From IMG/VR virus record IMGVR_UViG_3300045988_128110, positions 1 to 64,000 of that record: DNA of 64,000 nucleotides; one strand, 5' to 3'. Position numbers and translations under genes: made by a program. Source of the DNA: a virus. Positions within the stretch are counted from its first letter, which is position 1. Each line of letters opens with the position of its first letter. Of this stretch, positions 8,950 through 17,603 are shown one piece after another. A model generated the notes under the pieces. It was not told the origin of the DNA. It saw only the letters and a program-made list of their open reading frames with translations, and searched no databases.

Positions 8950-9840
8950 ATGGGAAGCGGATCATGGAGTTCTAGCACATATAAAGCTTTTGCTGATAGC
9001 TATACTAAAAAATCCAGAGAAGAAATCTTTCATCAAAGATCTCTACACGAAGAAATGGATCTTACAAAAAGTAAGACACATATTCGAGAATCTAGAGATT
9101 CTGAGGAACACCCAGAATCTCTTCCAGTTTTCATTGCATTAGATGAAACTGGTTCAATGGGTTCAATTCCTGATAAGATGATCAGGGATTATCTTCCGAA
9201 GTTAATGGATTCTATTATTGATTCTATTGGAGTTAAACACCCTCAAATTCTTTTTATGGGAGTGGGAGATCATGAATGTGATTACTACCCGTGTCAGGTA
9301 GGTCAATTCGAATCTTCAACTGTTGCAATTAATCAGTGTCTCTCTAAAATTTATTTGGAGGGTCGTGGTGGAGGTAATAGTGGAGAATCCTACTTACTTC
9401 CTTGGATTATTGCAGGAAATCATACGTCAATTGATAGTTGGGAAAAGCGAAAGCAAAAAGGATTCCTTTTTACAGTTGGTGATGAACCTACTTTGACAAG
9501 AATAAGTAGGGGAACTTTGGCAGCTCTCACTGGAATGGAGTATGAGCGTGATTATACCTGGCAGGAGGCTTATGAACTTGCCTGTGAGAAATATCATGTG
9601 TTTCATATTCATGTTCGACATGGAAGTGAACATTATGATGAGGTAGTAGCTAAACAAATGAAAGAAATTCTTAGAGAAAACTTTATTGTGTGCAAGCCTG
9701 ATGAAGTTGTAGAAGCCATTTGTGAAGCTATGGGTAAAACTCTAAAAGGTAGCTCTTCAGTAATTGAAGAGATTTCTGCAGAAGGAACTGTAGAAAATAC
9801 AGAATCAAAACCTAATATATTTGACATACATCGACGATAA
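8950..9840 (+). CDS. vWA-domain protein (FIALDETGSMGS)
   Basis: DxTGSM MIDAS motif; a second vWA protein in the window. Confidence 0.45.
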   Translation: MGSGSWSSSTYKAFADSYTKKSREEIFHQRSLHEEMDLTKSKTHIRESRDSEEHPESLPVFIALDETGSMGSIPDKMIRDYLPKLMDSIIDSIGVKHPQILFMGVGDHECDYYPCQVGQFESSTVAINQCLSKIYLEGRGGGNSGESYLLPWIIAGNHTSIDSWEKRKQKGFLFTVGDEPTLTRISRGTLAALTGMEYERDYTWQEAYELACEKYHVFHIHVRHGSEHYDEVVAKQMKEILRENFIVCKPDEVVEAICEAMGKTLKGSSSVIEEISAEGTVENTESKPNIFDIHRR

Positions 9841-10934
9841 TGTATAATATTGTAGTGGGTTGTACGTTTGGCGACGAGGGCAAGGGTCAAGTGACTCATG
9901 CCCTCTGTTGCGACGCTAAAAGAAAACATTTAAAACCTCTAGTTGTTAGATTTTCTGGAGGGCATCAAGCAGGGCACACAGTAGTTACTTCGTCTGGAAC
10001 AATGCATATATTTTCTTGCTTTGGGTCTGGAACATTTGCTAAGGCACCTACTTATTGGACGAAACAATGTGTTATGGATCCACTACAATGGATGCGGGAG
10101 CGAGAGGAGTTAGATTTCCTAGGATGTAATATCCCTATCCAATATTTTGATCCATATGTACAAATAACAACTCCTTTTGATGTAATGTTGAATTCTGAAA
10201 GGGGTAAAGGTTCTACAGTAGGGAAAGGAATATGGGAGACTATTCAGAGACAAAGAGAAGGATTAGCTTTATATGTAAAAGATTTAGCTTTTCCTCAAGT
10301 TGTAAAAATGAAGCTCCGATTAATTAGAGAATGGGCGGAAGATAGACTCCAGTTTAAGGAAACTTATTCAAGATTTGCTCATGTTTTCGATAACTTAGAT
10401 TCTTTAGTACATACTTATTGTAAGATTTTTTATCCCAATATAGTATTGGAGGATACGTTATCTAAATTAGCATGGAAAGAAAAGACTTCTGTGATATTTG
10501 AGGGTTCTCAAGGAGTACTTTTGGACCCTAATATTGGATTTTCACATGAATATACTACCCCACTTCCATGTTGTCCATCGTGGAACAATCTCCCATTCTT
10601 TTTAACTGATGATCAACTAATATTTAATTTTGTATATAGATCTTATTTAACAAGACATGGTAAAGGGCCTGTTGGAGATTCTATATTTAAGGAGATTAAT
10701 AACCCTTATGAAACAAATTTAAATAATCCTTTTCAAGGAGAATTTCAAACTTATGAATTCAATAAGGAATTAGTCTTATATGGAATTGATCATGTTAAAT
10801 CACACTTTAATCCTGAATATAAAGTAAGGTTGATTGAAACATGTTGTGACATATGTGTAGGACATGACTTAGGAATTCCTTATAATTACTCTATCAAAAC
10901 CTGCAAAAAGAATTTTGACTCTGTATGCAAATAA
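9840..10934 (+). CDS. purA: adenylosuccinate synthetase-like protein (PurA family)
   Basis: GDEGKGQ P-loop and a SGGHQAGHT motif, matching the PurA GDEGKGK / GGHNAGHT signatures. Confidence 0.6.
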   Translation: MYNIVVGCTFGDEGKGQVTHALCCDAKRKHLKPLVVRFSGGHQAGHTVVTSSGTMHIFSCFGSGTFAKAPTYWTKQCVMDPLQWMREREELDFLGCNIPIQYFDPYVQITTPFDVMLNSERGKGSTVGKGIWETIQRQREGLALYVKDLAFPQVVKMKLRLIREWAEDRLQFKETYSRFAHVFDNLDSLVHTYCKIFYPNIVLEDTLSKLAWKEKTSVIFEGSQGVLLDPNIGFSHEYTTPLPCCPSWNNLPFFLTDDQLIFNFVYRSYLTRHGKGPVGDSIFKEINNPYETNLNNPFQGEFQTYEFNKELVLYGIDHVKSHFNPEYKVRLIETCCDICVGHDLGIPYNYSIKTCKKNFDSVCK

Positions 10935-11731
10935 TTAACTTTTTATACCCAGAAAAGTCAGAAATAAAGTATCGAATTGATACTTATCCTGATTCCCAAT
11001 CCCATCTTGTACTTGAGTCTGAAATGGATAGACGAAAGTCCCTGCTGATCTATACTAGATTATCCAATTTGAATGATATTTGGATTCTAATGCAATTAGC
11101 GGATATTTGTCATCGTCAAGGTATCCAGATTTCCTATCTACAAATAGCTTATTTGTTTGCAGCGCGAACTGATAGATTATTTTCTTTTAATGAGGCATTA
11201 GATTTGGAGCTTGTTAAAAAATGTCTTATCTTTGTACAAGCACAGCAAATTCTAGTACTGGATCCTCATTCTAAGCGTTTGATTACAGAAGGGGTAATTG
11301 ATAATGACTGGCCTGCATTCTTTGCTTTAAAACCAGGTTCTAATATTCCAGAGAATGTTTTATTCCCTGACGAAGGTGCCTATCATCGTTACAGTGAGCT
11401 TTTTGACTTTGATACGACATACTATGCTACAAAGCATAGGATTTCAAGAGATAAGTTAGAGGTAAAATTACCTTCTAGAATAAAGCCAAATACTTCTATT
11501 CTAGTTTTTGATGACTTATGTGATGGTGGAGGAACTTTCTTTGCAATTTATAAAGCATTACAAGACATGGGAGTAACTGATGTGCATTTACGTGTCACAC
11601 ATGCTATCCAAAAAGAACCTTTAGTAAAGTTGTCAGAACTTTACAAAACAATAACAATTACCAATTCTTATAAGGATTGGGATAAAGAAGAACTTCCAAA
11701 CAATATAAAAGTAATAAAAGTTTATGAATAA
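10925..11731 (+). CDS. prs: phosphoribosyltransferase-domain protein, probably ribose-phosphate pyrophosphokinase (PRPP synthetase)-like
   Basis: VFDDLCDGGGTF PRPP-binding motif; sits next to nadV as in phage NAD salvage cassettes. Confidence 0.5.
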   Translation: MQIINFLYPEKSEIKYRIDTYPDSQSHLVLESEMDRRKSLLIYTRLSNLNDIWILMQLADICHRQGIQISYLQIAYLFAARTDRLFSFNEALDLELVKKCLIFVQAQQILVLDPHSKRLITEGVIDNDWPAFFALKPGSNIPENVLFPDEGAYHRYSELFDFDTTYYATKHRISRDKLEVKLPSRIKPNTSILVFDDLCDGGGTFFAIYKALQDMGVTDVHLRVTHAIQKEPLVKLSELYKTITITNSYKDWDKEELPNNIKVIKVYE

Positions 11732-12074
11732 ATTTAATGAAATTCTGAGTGCTACTGGAACTGCAGTACTCAAGAAACGTGCTGAAATCATCAATGCTGA
11801 TGCCCGCGAAGCAGCTAAGGATCAGGTTAATCTCATTGAGAAAGAGATTCGTCAGATTAAGTCCAAGATTATGAATCTGGAGGATCTGTCGATTAAATCG
11901 ACCGAATCACTGGTTGTAGGTACGGACTTTAAGGCAGATGAGTGGGTAACTCAGATGTTCAAGCTTCGTGATGACCTGCGCAACGCTGAAATCTGTCTGG
12001 AAATTGCTCAGAATATTTATAATGAGTATTTCACAGAACTTCCTGAAGTAGACTGTGATAAGAAAGCAGAATAG
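11724..12074 (+). CDS. hypothetical coiled-coil protein (116 aa), GC-richer codon usage
   Basis: Complete ORF followed directly by a strong terminator. Confidence 0.4.
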   Translation: MNKFNEILSATGTAVLKKRAEIINADAREAAKDQVNLIEKEIRQIKSKIMNLEDLSIKSTESLVVGTDFKADEWVTQMFKLRDDLRNAEICLEIAQNIYNEYFTELPEVDCDKKAE

Positions 12075-12080
12075 CTTTAC

Positions 12081-12102
12081 AGGCGGAGTAAATCCGCCTT
12101 TT
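12081..12102 (+). terminator. rho-independent terminator (aggcgga-gtaaa-tccgcct followed by TTTT)
   Basis: 7-bp GC-rich stem plus a T run, 7 nt after the stop codon. Confidence 0.75.
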
Positions 12103-12174
12103 GGTTCTATAGTTTAATTGGAAAAATTTTAGAATACGAATCTAAAGATGAGAGTTCGAATCTTTCTAGAACCT
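12103..12174 (+). tRNA. tRNA-Arg (anticodon ACG)
   Basis: Acceptor ggttcta/tagaacc, anticodon arm ttaga-atacgaa-tctaa, T-arm gagag-ttcgaat-ctttc; no CCA. Confidence 0.8.
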
Positions 12175-12191
12175 CAAATATTATTAATGCT

Positions 12192-12512
12192 ATGAAAACA
12201 AATTCTTTTTTTGTTGTTTATTATAATAATGGGGAATTAAAAAAATATGATATAATTCCTTACTTAGTTGATAAGTATGAATCTTTGTCTAGAAAAAATC
12301 GTCCAAATCTTAGACTTTATAACTCGGTGAAGGAATTTATTGTTAAAGAATGCCGTTATCAATTTTGGTCTCGATGTGAGTATGAAATTATTATATCTTC
12401 ATGGCCTAATGAGATCAATAAGAAAAAGATAGATGTTTATGATCAGATAGTACTAAATATTGATATTATTACTAAAATATTAACCTCCTATCTTACTATG
12501 TTAGGTTATTAA
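12192..12512 (+). CDS. hypothetical protein (106 aa)
   Basis: Complete ORF between two tRNA genes. Confidence 0.35.
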   Translation: MKTNSFFVVYYNNGELKKYDIIPYLVDKYESLSRKNRPNLRLYNSVKEFIVKECRYQFWSRCEYEIIISSWPNEINKKKIDVYDQIVLNIDIITKILTSYLTMLGY

Positions 12513-12520
12513 TTTATTTT

Positions 12521-12594
12521 AGGGAGTTGGCGCAATTGGTTAGCGCAGGAATCTTATACATTCAAGGTTATGAGTTCGAGTCTCATATTCCCTA
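12521..12594 (+). tRNA. tRNA-Ile (anticodon UAU, reads AUA)
   Basis: Acceptor agggagt/attccct, D-arm gcgc-aattggtta-gcgc, anticodon loop cttatac, T-arm atgag-ttcgagt-ctcat. Confidence 0.65.
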
Positions 12595-12787
12595 CCTATG
12601 AAAACTGTTTTATATAGAATACAATCAATTGAAGCTCCCGAAGGAGAGGGGTTTCGATATAATTCATTAAGAACATTATCTGATACAAAAGTGAATGAAG
12701 AAATGTGCTTAAGGAATGAATTTGGAGATCATTATTTAATTAATGATCCTGATTACTGAATTTGTGAGATTTTAAAGGAAATAGAAG

Positions 12788-13849
12788 ATGATGTATAGTT
12801 TAGATGAAATAGGTATTTTACCTAGTTCAAAAGCCACGGATATTACAAGTCGTAGTGAGTGTAGTCCTTTAGGAGACTTAGGAACATATCCTATTTTCGT
12901 TTCTCCTATGACATCCGTTATTGATGAATCAAATTATCAATTTTTTACAAAGGCTAATGTTCTTCCAATTATTCCAAGACGTGTAGATAATTTACAGTTT
13001 AGACTTAATGCATGTAACCATGTTTGGTGTGCCTTTAGTTTAAAGGAATTTGAAATGTACTTTTGTGAAGGAGAAGTCTCTGATGAATGTCCTTTAGTAC
13101 TTATTGATCTGGCTAATGGTCATATGAAGAAAATTTATGATTTAGTTAAAAAAGCTAAAGAAAGATGGAGTACTATTATCATAATGGTTGGAAATATCGC
13201 ACACCCAGATATTTATTGGGAATGTTGTGACGCAGGAGTAGATTATGTTCGTGTAGGTATTGGAACAGGTAGTGTATGTACTACAGGTGTAAAAACTGGA
13301 ATACATGCTTCGATGGAATGGTTACTACGAAAGTTATCCACCTGTAAGACACTAATTAATGCTTCTCCTAAACCTATGAAAGCTCCTAAAATTATTGCAG
13401 ATGGAGGCATTTCTACAATAGATAGAGCTATAAAGTGTTTAGCTTTAGGTGCTGATTATGTTATGATGGGCAAAATGTTTGCACAATGTGAGGAGGCTTG
13501 CGGGCAAACTCGGACAAAAGGACTAGATGATAATCCTGAGACGCTTAGATATTTTATGTCTCTAACTAAAGCAGACAGAGAACGAGTTATTGGACTGTAC
13601 CCCAAAGAAAGACTATACTACGGAATGGCAAGTGAACGTGGTCAAAAGGACATTTCTGATACTAAAAAGGCTGAAGAAGGAATCAAGATTTGGGTTCCTG
13701 TTGAATGTACTCTTGAGTCTTTACTTTCTCAATTTGATTCCGCATTAAGATCTGCTATGTCTTATACTGGATGTAGAACTCTTCAAGAGTTTAAGAATGT
13801 AGAATGGGAATATATGTCTCCTTCTGAAAGAAATGCTTATTACAAATAA
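12788..13849 (+). CDS. IMP dehydrogenase/GMP reductase family protein
   Basis: GIGTGSVCTTG catalytic-loop motif (compare GIGPGSICTT) and a TIM-barrel layout. Confidence 0.65.
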   Translation: MMYSLDEIGILPSSKATDITSRSECSPLGDLGTYPIFVSPMTSVIDESNYQFFTKANVLPIIPRRVDNLQFRLNACNHVWCAFSLKEFEMYFCEGEVSDECPLVLIDLANGHMKKIYDLVKKAKERWSTIIIMVGNIAHPDIYWECCDAGVDYVRVGIGTGSVCTTGVKTGIHASMEWLLRKLSTCKTLINASPKPMKAPKIIADGGISTIDRAIKCLALGADYVMMGKMFAQCEEACGQTRTKGLDDNPETLRYFMSLTKADRERVIGLYPKERLYYGMASERGQKDISDTKKAEEGIKIWVPVECTLESLLSQFDSALRSAMSYTGCRTLQEFKNVEWEYMSPSERNAYYK

Positions 13850-14027
13850 AATGAATAATCTTGGTTTATACACAGTAATAGTTTTTGGAATCTTTGTTTT
13901 ATGTTTATTATTAGGACTTGGATTTGCATTAACTATGTGGTCTGCTCCTTGGGGAATATTCTACTTTGGAGGAATGATCGTACTTACTATTTATTATCTT
14001 AATATATTAAAAGATAGAATAGAGTAA
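13833..14027 (+). CDS. small membrane protein (64 aa)
   Basis: Two hydrophobic helices. Confidence 0.3.
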   Translation: MLITNKMNNLGLYTVIVFGIFVLCLLLGLGFALTMWSAPWGIFYFGGMIVLTIYYLNILKDRIE

Positions 14028-14037
14028 TTAAAGGTTT

Positions 14038-14122
14038 GCGGAGGTGACCAGAATGGATAATGGACCAGTCTTCTAAACTGGCGGCTGAATAGTCATTGTG
14101 GGTTCGAGTCCCACCCTCCGTA
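14038..14122 (+). tRNA. class II (long variable arm) tRNA with anticodon UCU (nominally Arg, AGA) and discriminator A73
   Basis: Acceptor gcggagg/cctccgt, anticodon arm ccagt-cttctaa-actgg, a 16-nt variable region with a ggct/agtc hairpin, T-arm gtggg-ttcgagt-cccac; 85 nt. Confidence 0.55.
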
Positions 14123-14138
14123 CTAATAACATTATAAT

Positions 14139-14513
14139 ATGGCATGGATATATAGAGATAAAAATGGAGACCTAATGTTCTCCAAAGTAAAACCTGAAAA
14201 AGTTTATATTTTCAGGTTTAAAAATTGTGAAATTCATAAAGAATCAGAAAGTACATGGTCTCCATTTCTGGACTACAACCATATTATAACAGCTAGGATA
14301 CCTGAAAGTTATTTTGAAACTCCTGGTTATTATGAAGTGAATGATTATGGAGATGACAATGTGCTTAGAAAGGTTTATAAAAATGAATGTGTTTTTGAAG
14401 GAGACTACACTATGGGTTTTCCTGTAGAATTTAAACCTGAGACTATTTCTGCTTTAAAACCTATTGTTGATTTAGAAAATCTTACTATTGAGGATGGATT
14501 AATTGAACTATAA
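14139..14513 (+). CDS. hypothetical protein (124 aa)
   Basis: Complete ORF. Confidence 0.35.
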   Translation: MAWIYRDKNGDLMFSKVKPEKVYIFRFKNCEIHKESESTWSPFLDYNHIITARIPESYFETPGYYEVNDYGDDNVLRKVYKNECVFEGDYTMGFPVEFKPETISALKPIVDLENLTIEDGLIEL

Positions 14514-14776
14514 TGAAAGAGATTAAAATTAACAATAACATTGAAGAAGATCATGTTCCTTTATATAATCCTGAAGGTAAGTTAGTTGGAATTATAGAAA
14601 ATGAACTAGCTTTTAATGATGTTCGTATTCAAATCATGGAAAACAAACTAAGAGGGTACTATATTGTATATAAAGGTCAGGTATGTCGAATAGATATTCA
14701 TGGAGAATTAGATATTTGGCCTAATGACTTATATAGGACAAATGTAGACCAACTATCAAAATTATTATGCTTTTAG
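14513..14776 (+). CDS. hypothetical protein (87 aa)
   Basis: Complete ORF with an ATGA start/stop overlap. Confidence 0.35.
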   Translation: MKEIKINNNIEEDHVPLYNPEGKLVGIIENELAFNDVRIQIMENKLRGYYIVYKGQVCRIDIHGELDIWPNDLYRTNVDQLSKLLCF

Positions 14777-14777
14777 T

Positions 14778-14966
14778 ATGAAACAAATAAAAACATACTG
14801 TCCAAATTGTGGTAGGGAAACTATTCATGTTATTTATACAGAAGATGGATATGGGGCTTCTGGTGTAGCAAGAATTTTTTCAAGTTTACTTTCCCTTGGA
14901 ACGTCTAATTTAGCTTGTACTACATACAGTAAATGTATTAGTTGTGGAAAGACTAAAGAATTATAA
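14778..14966 (+). CDS. small zinc-ribbon protein (CPNCG...CISCG)
   Basis: Two CxxC pairs. Confidence 0.35.
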   Translation: MKQIKTYCPNCGRETIHVIYTEDGYGASGVARIFSSLLSLGTSNLACTTYSKCISCGKTKEL

Positions 14967-15231
14967 AATGATTAATGACCAAATTAAAAAGTTAGCTAAT
15001 AAAAAGATTCCATTATATAATAACTCTTCTAGTTTATATGATATTTTGGATTGGCTACGGGAGAAAAAATTCCTACATGTAGAGATACAATGGTATCCTC
15101 ATGGTTGGATGTTTGTTATTTATAAAATTGATTCTCAAGAGGATGAACCATATGATACTTTCTCTGAAGTATATACTAGTTATCTAGATTGTTTAGAAGC
15201 TGGAATTATAAGAGCATTAAATCTTATATAG
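14944..15231 (+). CDS. hypothetical protein (95 aa)
   Basis: Complete ORF. Confidence 0.3.
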   Translation: MERLKNYKMINDQIKKLANKKIPLYNNSSSLYDILDWLREKKFLHVEIQWYPHGWMFVIYKIDSQEDEPYDTFSEVYTSYLDCLEAGIIRALNLI

Positions 15232-15421
15232 TAAGTTAAAGTACAATGACAAAATGAGAATACAAGGAAGATACTTTTACTCCATATCAAGGTGAGGATT
15301 TTATTGATTGGCTAAATTTACACGGAGATCAAGGATGGGAACTTATACAAGAAGTTGTTATACCTCAATTTGCACCTTTATATAAATACCTCTGTATATT
15401 TAAAAGAAAAATTCAGGAATA

Positions 15422-15853
15422 ATGAGAACACTTCTTTGGGTAGATGATGCTCGTAATCCAATGGAAGATGATTGGATGAATTTTAGTCCAATTGGTAGAA
15501 ATTGTAAAGTAATATGGGCTCAATCTTACCAAGAAGCAATTGATTTTCTTGAGAAAGAATGGCCTGATGCAATTTGTCTAGATCATGATTTAGGGGAAGA
15601 GAAATCTGGATATGATATAGCTAAGTATATTGTGGATCGGTGTATTGATGAGGGTAAAAAACTTCCTGAGTTTGCTAGTCAGTCTGCTAATCCTGTTGGA
15701 AGGGAAAATATTATTACATTATTGAGCAATTATAAGAGACATGAACTTCTAGATCATATTCAAAAAGTTATTGATTATAAACATGATTGGCGGAAAGCAG
15801 TACAAGAAGGAAAAAGTTTGCCAAAATGGAATGGAAAAATTAAAGTCAATTAA
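15422..15853 (+). CDS. hypothetical protein, possibly a CheY-like receiver-fold domain (LLWVDD ... LDHDLG)
   Basis: Acidic N-terminal DD pair and an LDxD motif at about residue 55, as in receiver domains; weak. Confidence 0.3.
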   Translation: MRTLLWVDDARNPMEDDWMNFSPIGRNCKVIWAQSYQEAIDFLEKEWPDAICLDHDLGEEKSGYDIAKYIVDRCIDEGKKLPEFASQSANPVGRENIITLLSNYKRHELLDHIQKVIDYKHDWRKAVQEGKSLPKWNGKIKVN

Positions 15854-15856
15854 TTT

Positions 15857-16069
15857 ATGACACAGTATATTTATATACATACAAACAAATTTTCTAGGTG
15901 GTTCCTTTTAAGATATCTTAAAAAGAAAGGTTATACTTTTAGAAATAACATGACTCAGGAGCATATTTTTATTCATCCTTATGGCAGATATGCTTTTTGC
16001 ATGTGTGAGAAAATCATAGCTTATGAGGAAGTATGGGCTTGGGTTGTTTTTAACAGTATATTTAAATAA
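15857..16069 (+). CDS. hypothetical protein (70 aa)
   Basis: Complete ORF. Confidence 0.3.
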   Translation: MTQYIYIHTNKFSRWFLLRYLKKKGYTFRNNMTQEHIFIHPYGRYAFCMCEKIIAYEEVWAWVVFNSIFK

Positions 16070-16198
16070 TTTTAACAATGCTTTACTGTAATATATGTGG
16101 ATCTCCTTTACGATATATAGGAGAAACTAAGGATGCTAATGGAAATGTTATAAGCATCTATTCGTGTCCAAAATGTAACAAGCTAGTTTATATTTAGT

Positions 16199-16579
16199 AT
16201 GTTCTTTCTTAATTTAGCTGTATTAATTTTTTGTGGAGCAGTTCTTGGATATGAAAGACAAAAAACTAACAAGGTAATTGGAATTCGTTCCGTTGTTCTA
16301 CTGATGTTAGGATCTTTTATATTTACATATATCTCTACAAGAATAGGTGGAGACCCTTCTAGAGTAGCTGCCCAGATAGCTTCTGGAGTTGGCTTTATTG
16401 GTGCTGGAATCATTTGGAAGGACAAATCCACTAATATAGCTAACTTAACAACAGCAATTCTCATTTGGGTTATTGCAGCTCTAGGAAGTATGATTTCTAT
16501 TGGATTACTTGCTGAAGCAATAGTAATAACAGGAATAATTTACATTGTCCTTAGATTTAATTTTTTAAAGGACGTCTAA
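16199..16579 (+). CDS. mgtC: MgtC/SapB-family membrane protein
   Basis: GYERQ, a following GIRS motif, ASGVGFIGAG, NLTTA..IW..AA.G; these match the MgtC N-terminal domain signatures. Confidence 0.65.
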   Translation: MFFLNLAVLIFCGAVLGYERQKTNKVIGIRSVVLLMLGSFIFTYISTRIGGDPSRVAAQIASGVGFIGAGIIWKDKSTNIANLTTAILIWVIAALGSMISIGLLAEAIVITGIIYIVLRFNFLKDV

Positions 16580-16585
16580 AGGTTT

Positions 16586-16670
16586 GGAGAGTAATCCTTG
16601 ATGGTGATAGGGCTTGCCTGCTAAGCAATGTGTGCCTTTCTGGCATGTGGTTCGATTCCACTGCTCTCCG
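16586..16670 (+). tRNA. tRNA-Ser (anticodon GCU), class II
   Basis: Acceptor ggagagt/gctctcc, discriminator G, anticodon loop ctgctaa, long variable arm (tgcc/ggca), T-arm with ttcgatt. Confidence 0.7.
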
Positions 16671-16694
16671 CAAATAAATTAATATTAAAAGGAT

Positions 16695-16889
16695 ATGGAA
16701 TTTAAAGTAATCAGAATCACTTTTGATAACGGAACAGAACAGGTTTTTAATTTTCAACATGTAAGAGATTTCAGTTATAATGAAAAAAATAAATCTGCAA
16801 CTATAACTATAAAAGGAAACGGACCAAATTGGGATACTCAGATATTTACTAATAATATTACTGAATTATATGTTTCGAATCTAGAGTAA
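16695..16889 (+). CDS. hypothetical protein (64 aa)
   Basis: Complete ORF between tRNA genes. Confidence 0.3.
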   Translation: MEFKVIRITFDNGTEQVFNFQHVRDFSYNEKNKSATITIKGNGPNWDTQIFTNNITELYVSNLE

Positions 16890-16897
16890 TTAAGAAT

Positions 16898-16980
16898 GCC
16901 TCTGTGGTGGAATTGGTAGACACGTGTGCCTTAGGAGCACATGGACCTAGTCCATGCAGGTTCGAGTCCTGTCAGGGGTA
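16898..16980 (+). tRNA. tRNA-Leu (anticodon UAG), class II
   Basis: Acceptor gcctctg/caggggt, D-arm gtg-gaattggtaga-cac, anticodon arm tgtgc-cttagga-gcaca, variable arm tggac-cta-gtcca, discriminator A. Confidence 0.7.
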
Positions 16981-17007
16981 CTTAATAATATTTAAAACTA
17001 ATATAAA

Positions 17008-17592
17008 ATGAATATTGAAAATTTTTCAACGGCAAATCTTCCTGGTCTAGCAGACCTAGGAGATACTAAAAATTGAGCGAGTATTAAAGGGGATGATCCA
17101 GGGCCTAAAGGGCCTATAGGTACTGCGGGATGTTCAGCAACAGGTGTAGGCAGTGGAAATCTTACTTCTACTACCTCAAATTGATACATCCCTTCAACTG
17201 GAATCTATACTAATAATATCATTGTAGGCTCTAGTAATCCGTATGCATATGGAACAATTAAAACAGAAAGACTTCCTATGAGTGAAGAACTTTATTTATA
17301 TATAACTGGAGGTAAATCCTGTATTTCTACAGCACCTCCTACTTGGAATAGTCAGGAGAACTGTCTTTGGCATGCAAAAGGTTCCCGAGTACTTTCTATA
17401 GAAGGTGATTATGGACTATCTCGTCTTATAAAATCTTATATTGGTTCTGAATTAGATATAATTTACACATATCTTACTATAAATGGATTTAATGTTTATG
17501 CTACTATTTTAGGGCCTTCTGGAGAACTATTTGTAGAAAAGGCACCTATTAAAGGTAAAGAGGATCTAATTCATAGAAATCGAAAGAAATAA
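17008..17592 (+). CDS. hypothetical protein with a short collagen-like Gly-X-Y repeat (KGDDPGPKGPIGTAG); two in-frame TGA codons
   Basis: ATG at 17008 lies in frame with tracked ORF 17278-17592 through two TGAs (90 codons upstream, counted); the minus-strand ORF 16998-17189 is a shadow. Confidence 0.45.
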
Positions 17593-17603
17593 TAGAAAGA
17601 ATT

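Noticed and set aside
16998-17189. Minus-strand ORF 16998-17189
   Set aside because: It is antisense to the Gly-X-Y (GGN-rich) region of the + strand collagen-like gene. It is a Pro-rich shadow.
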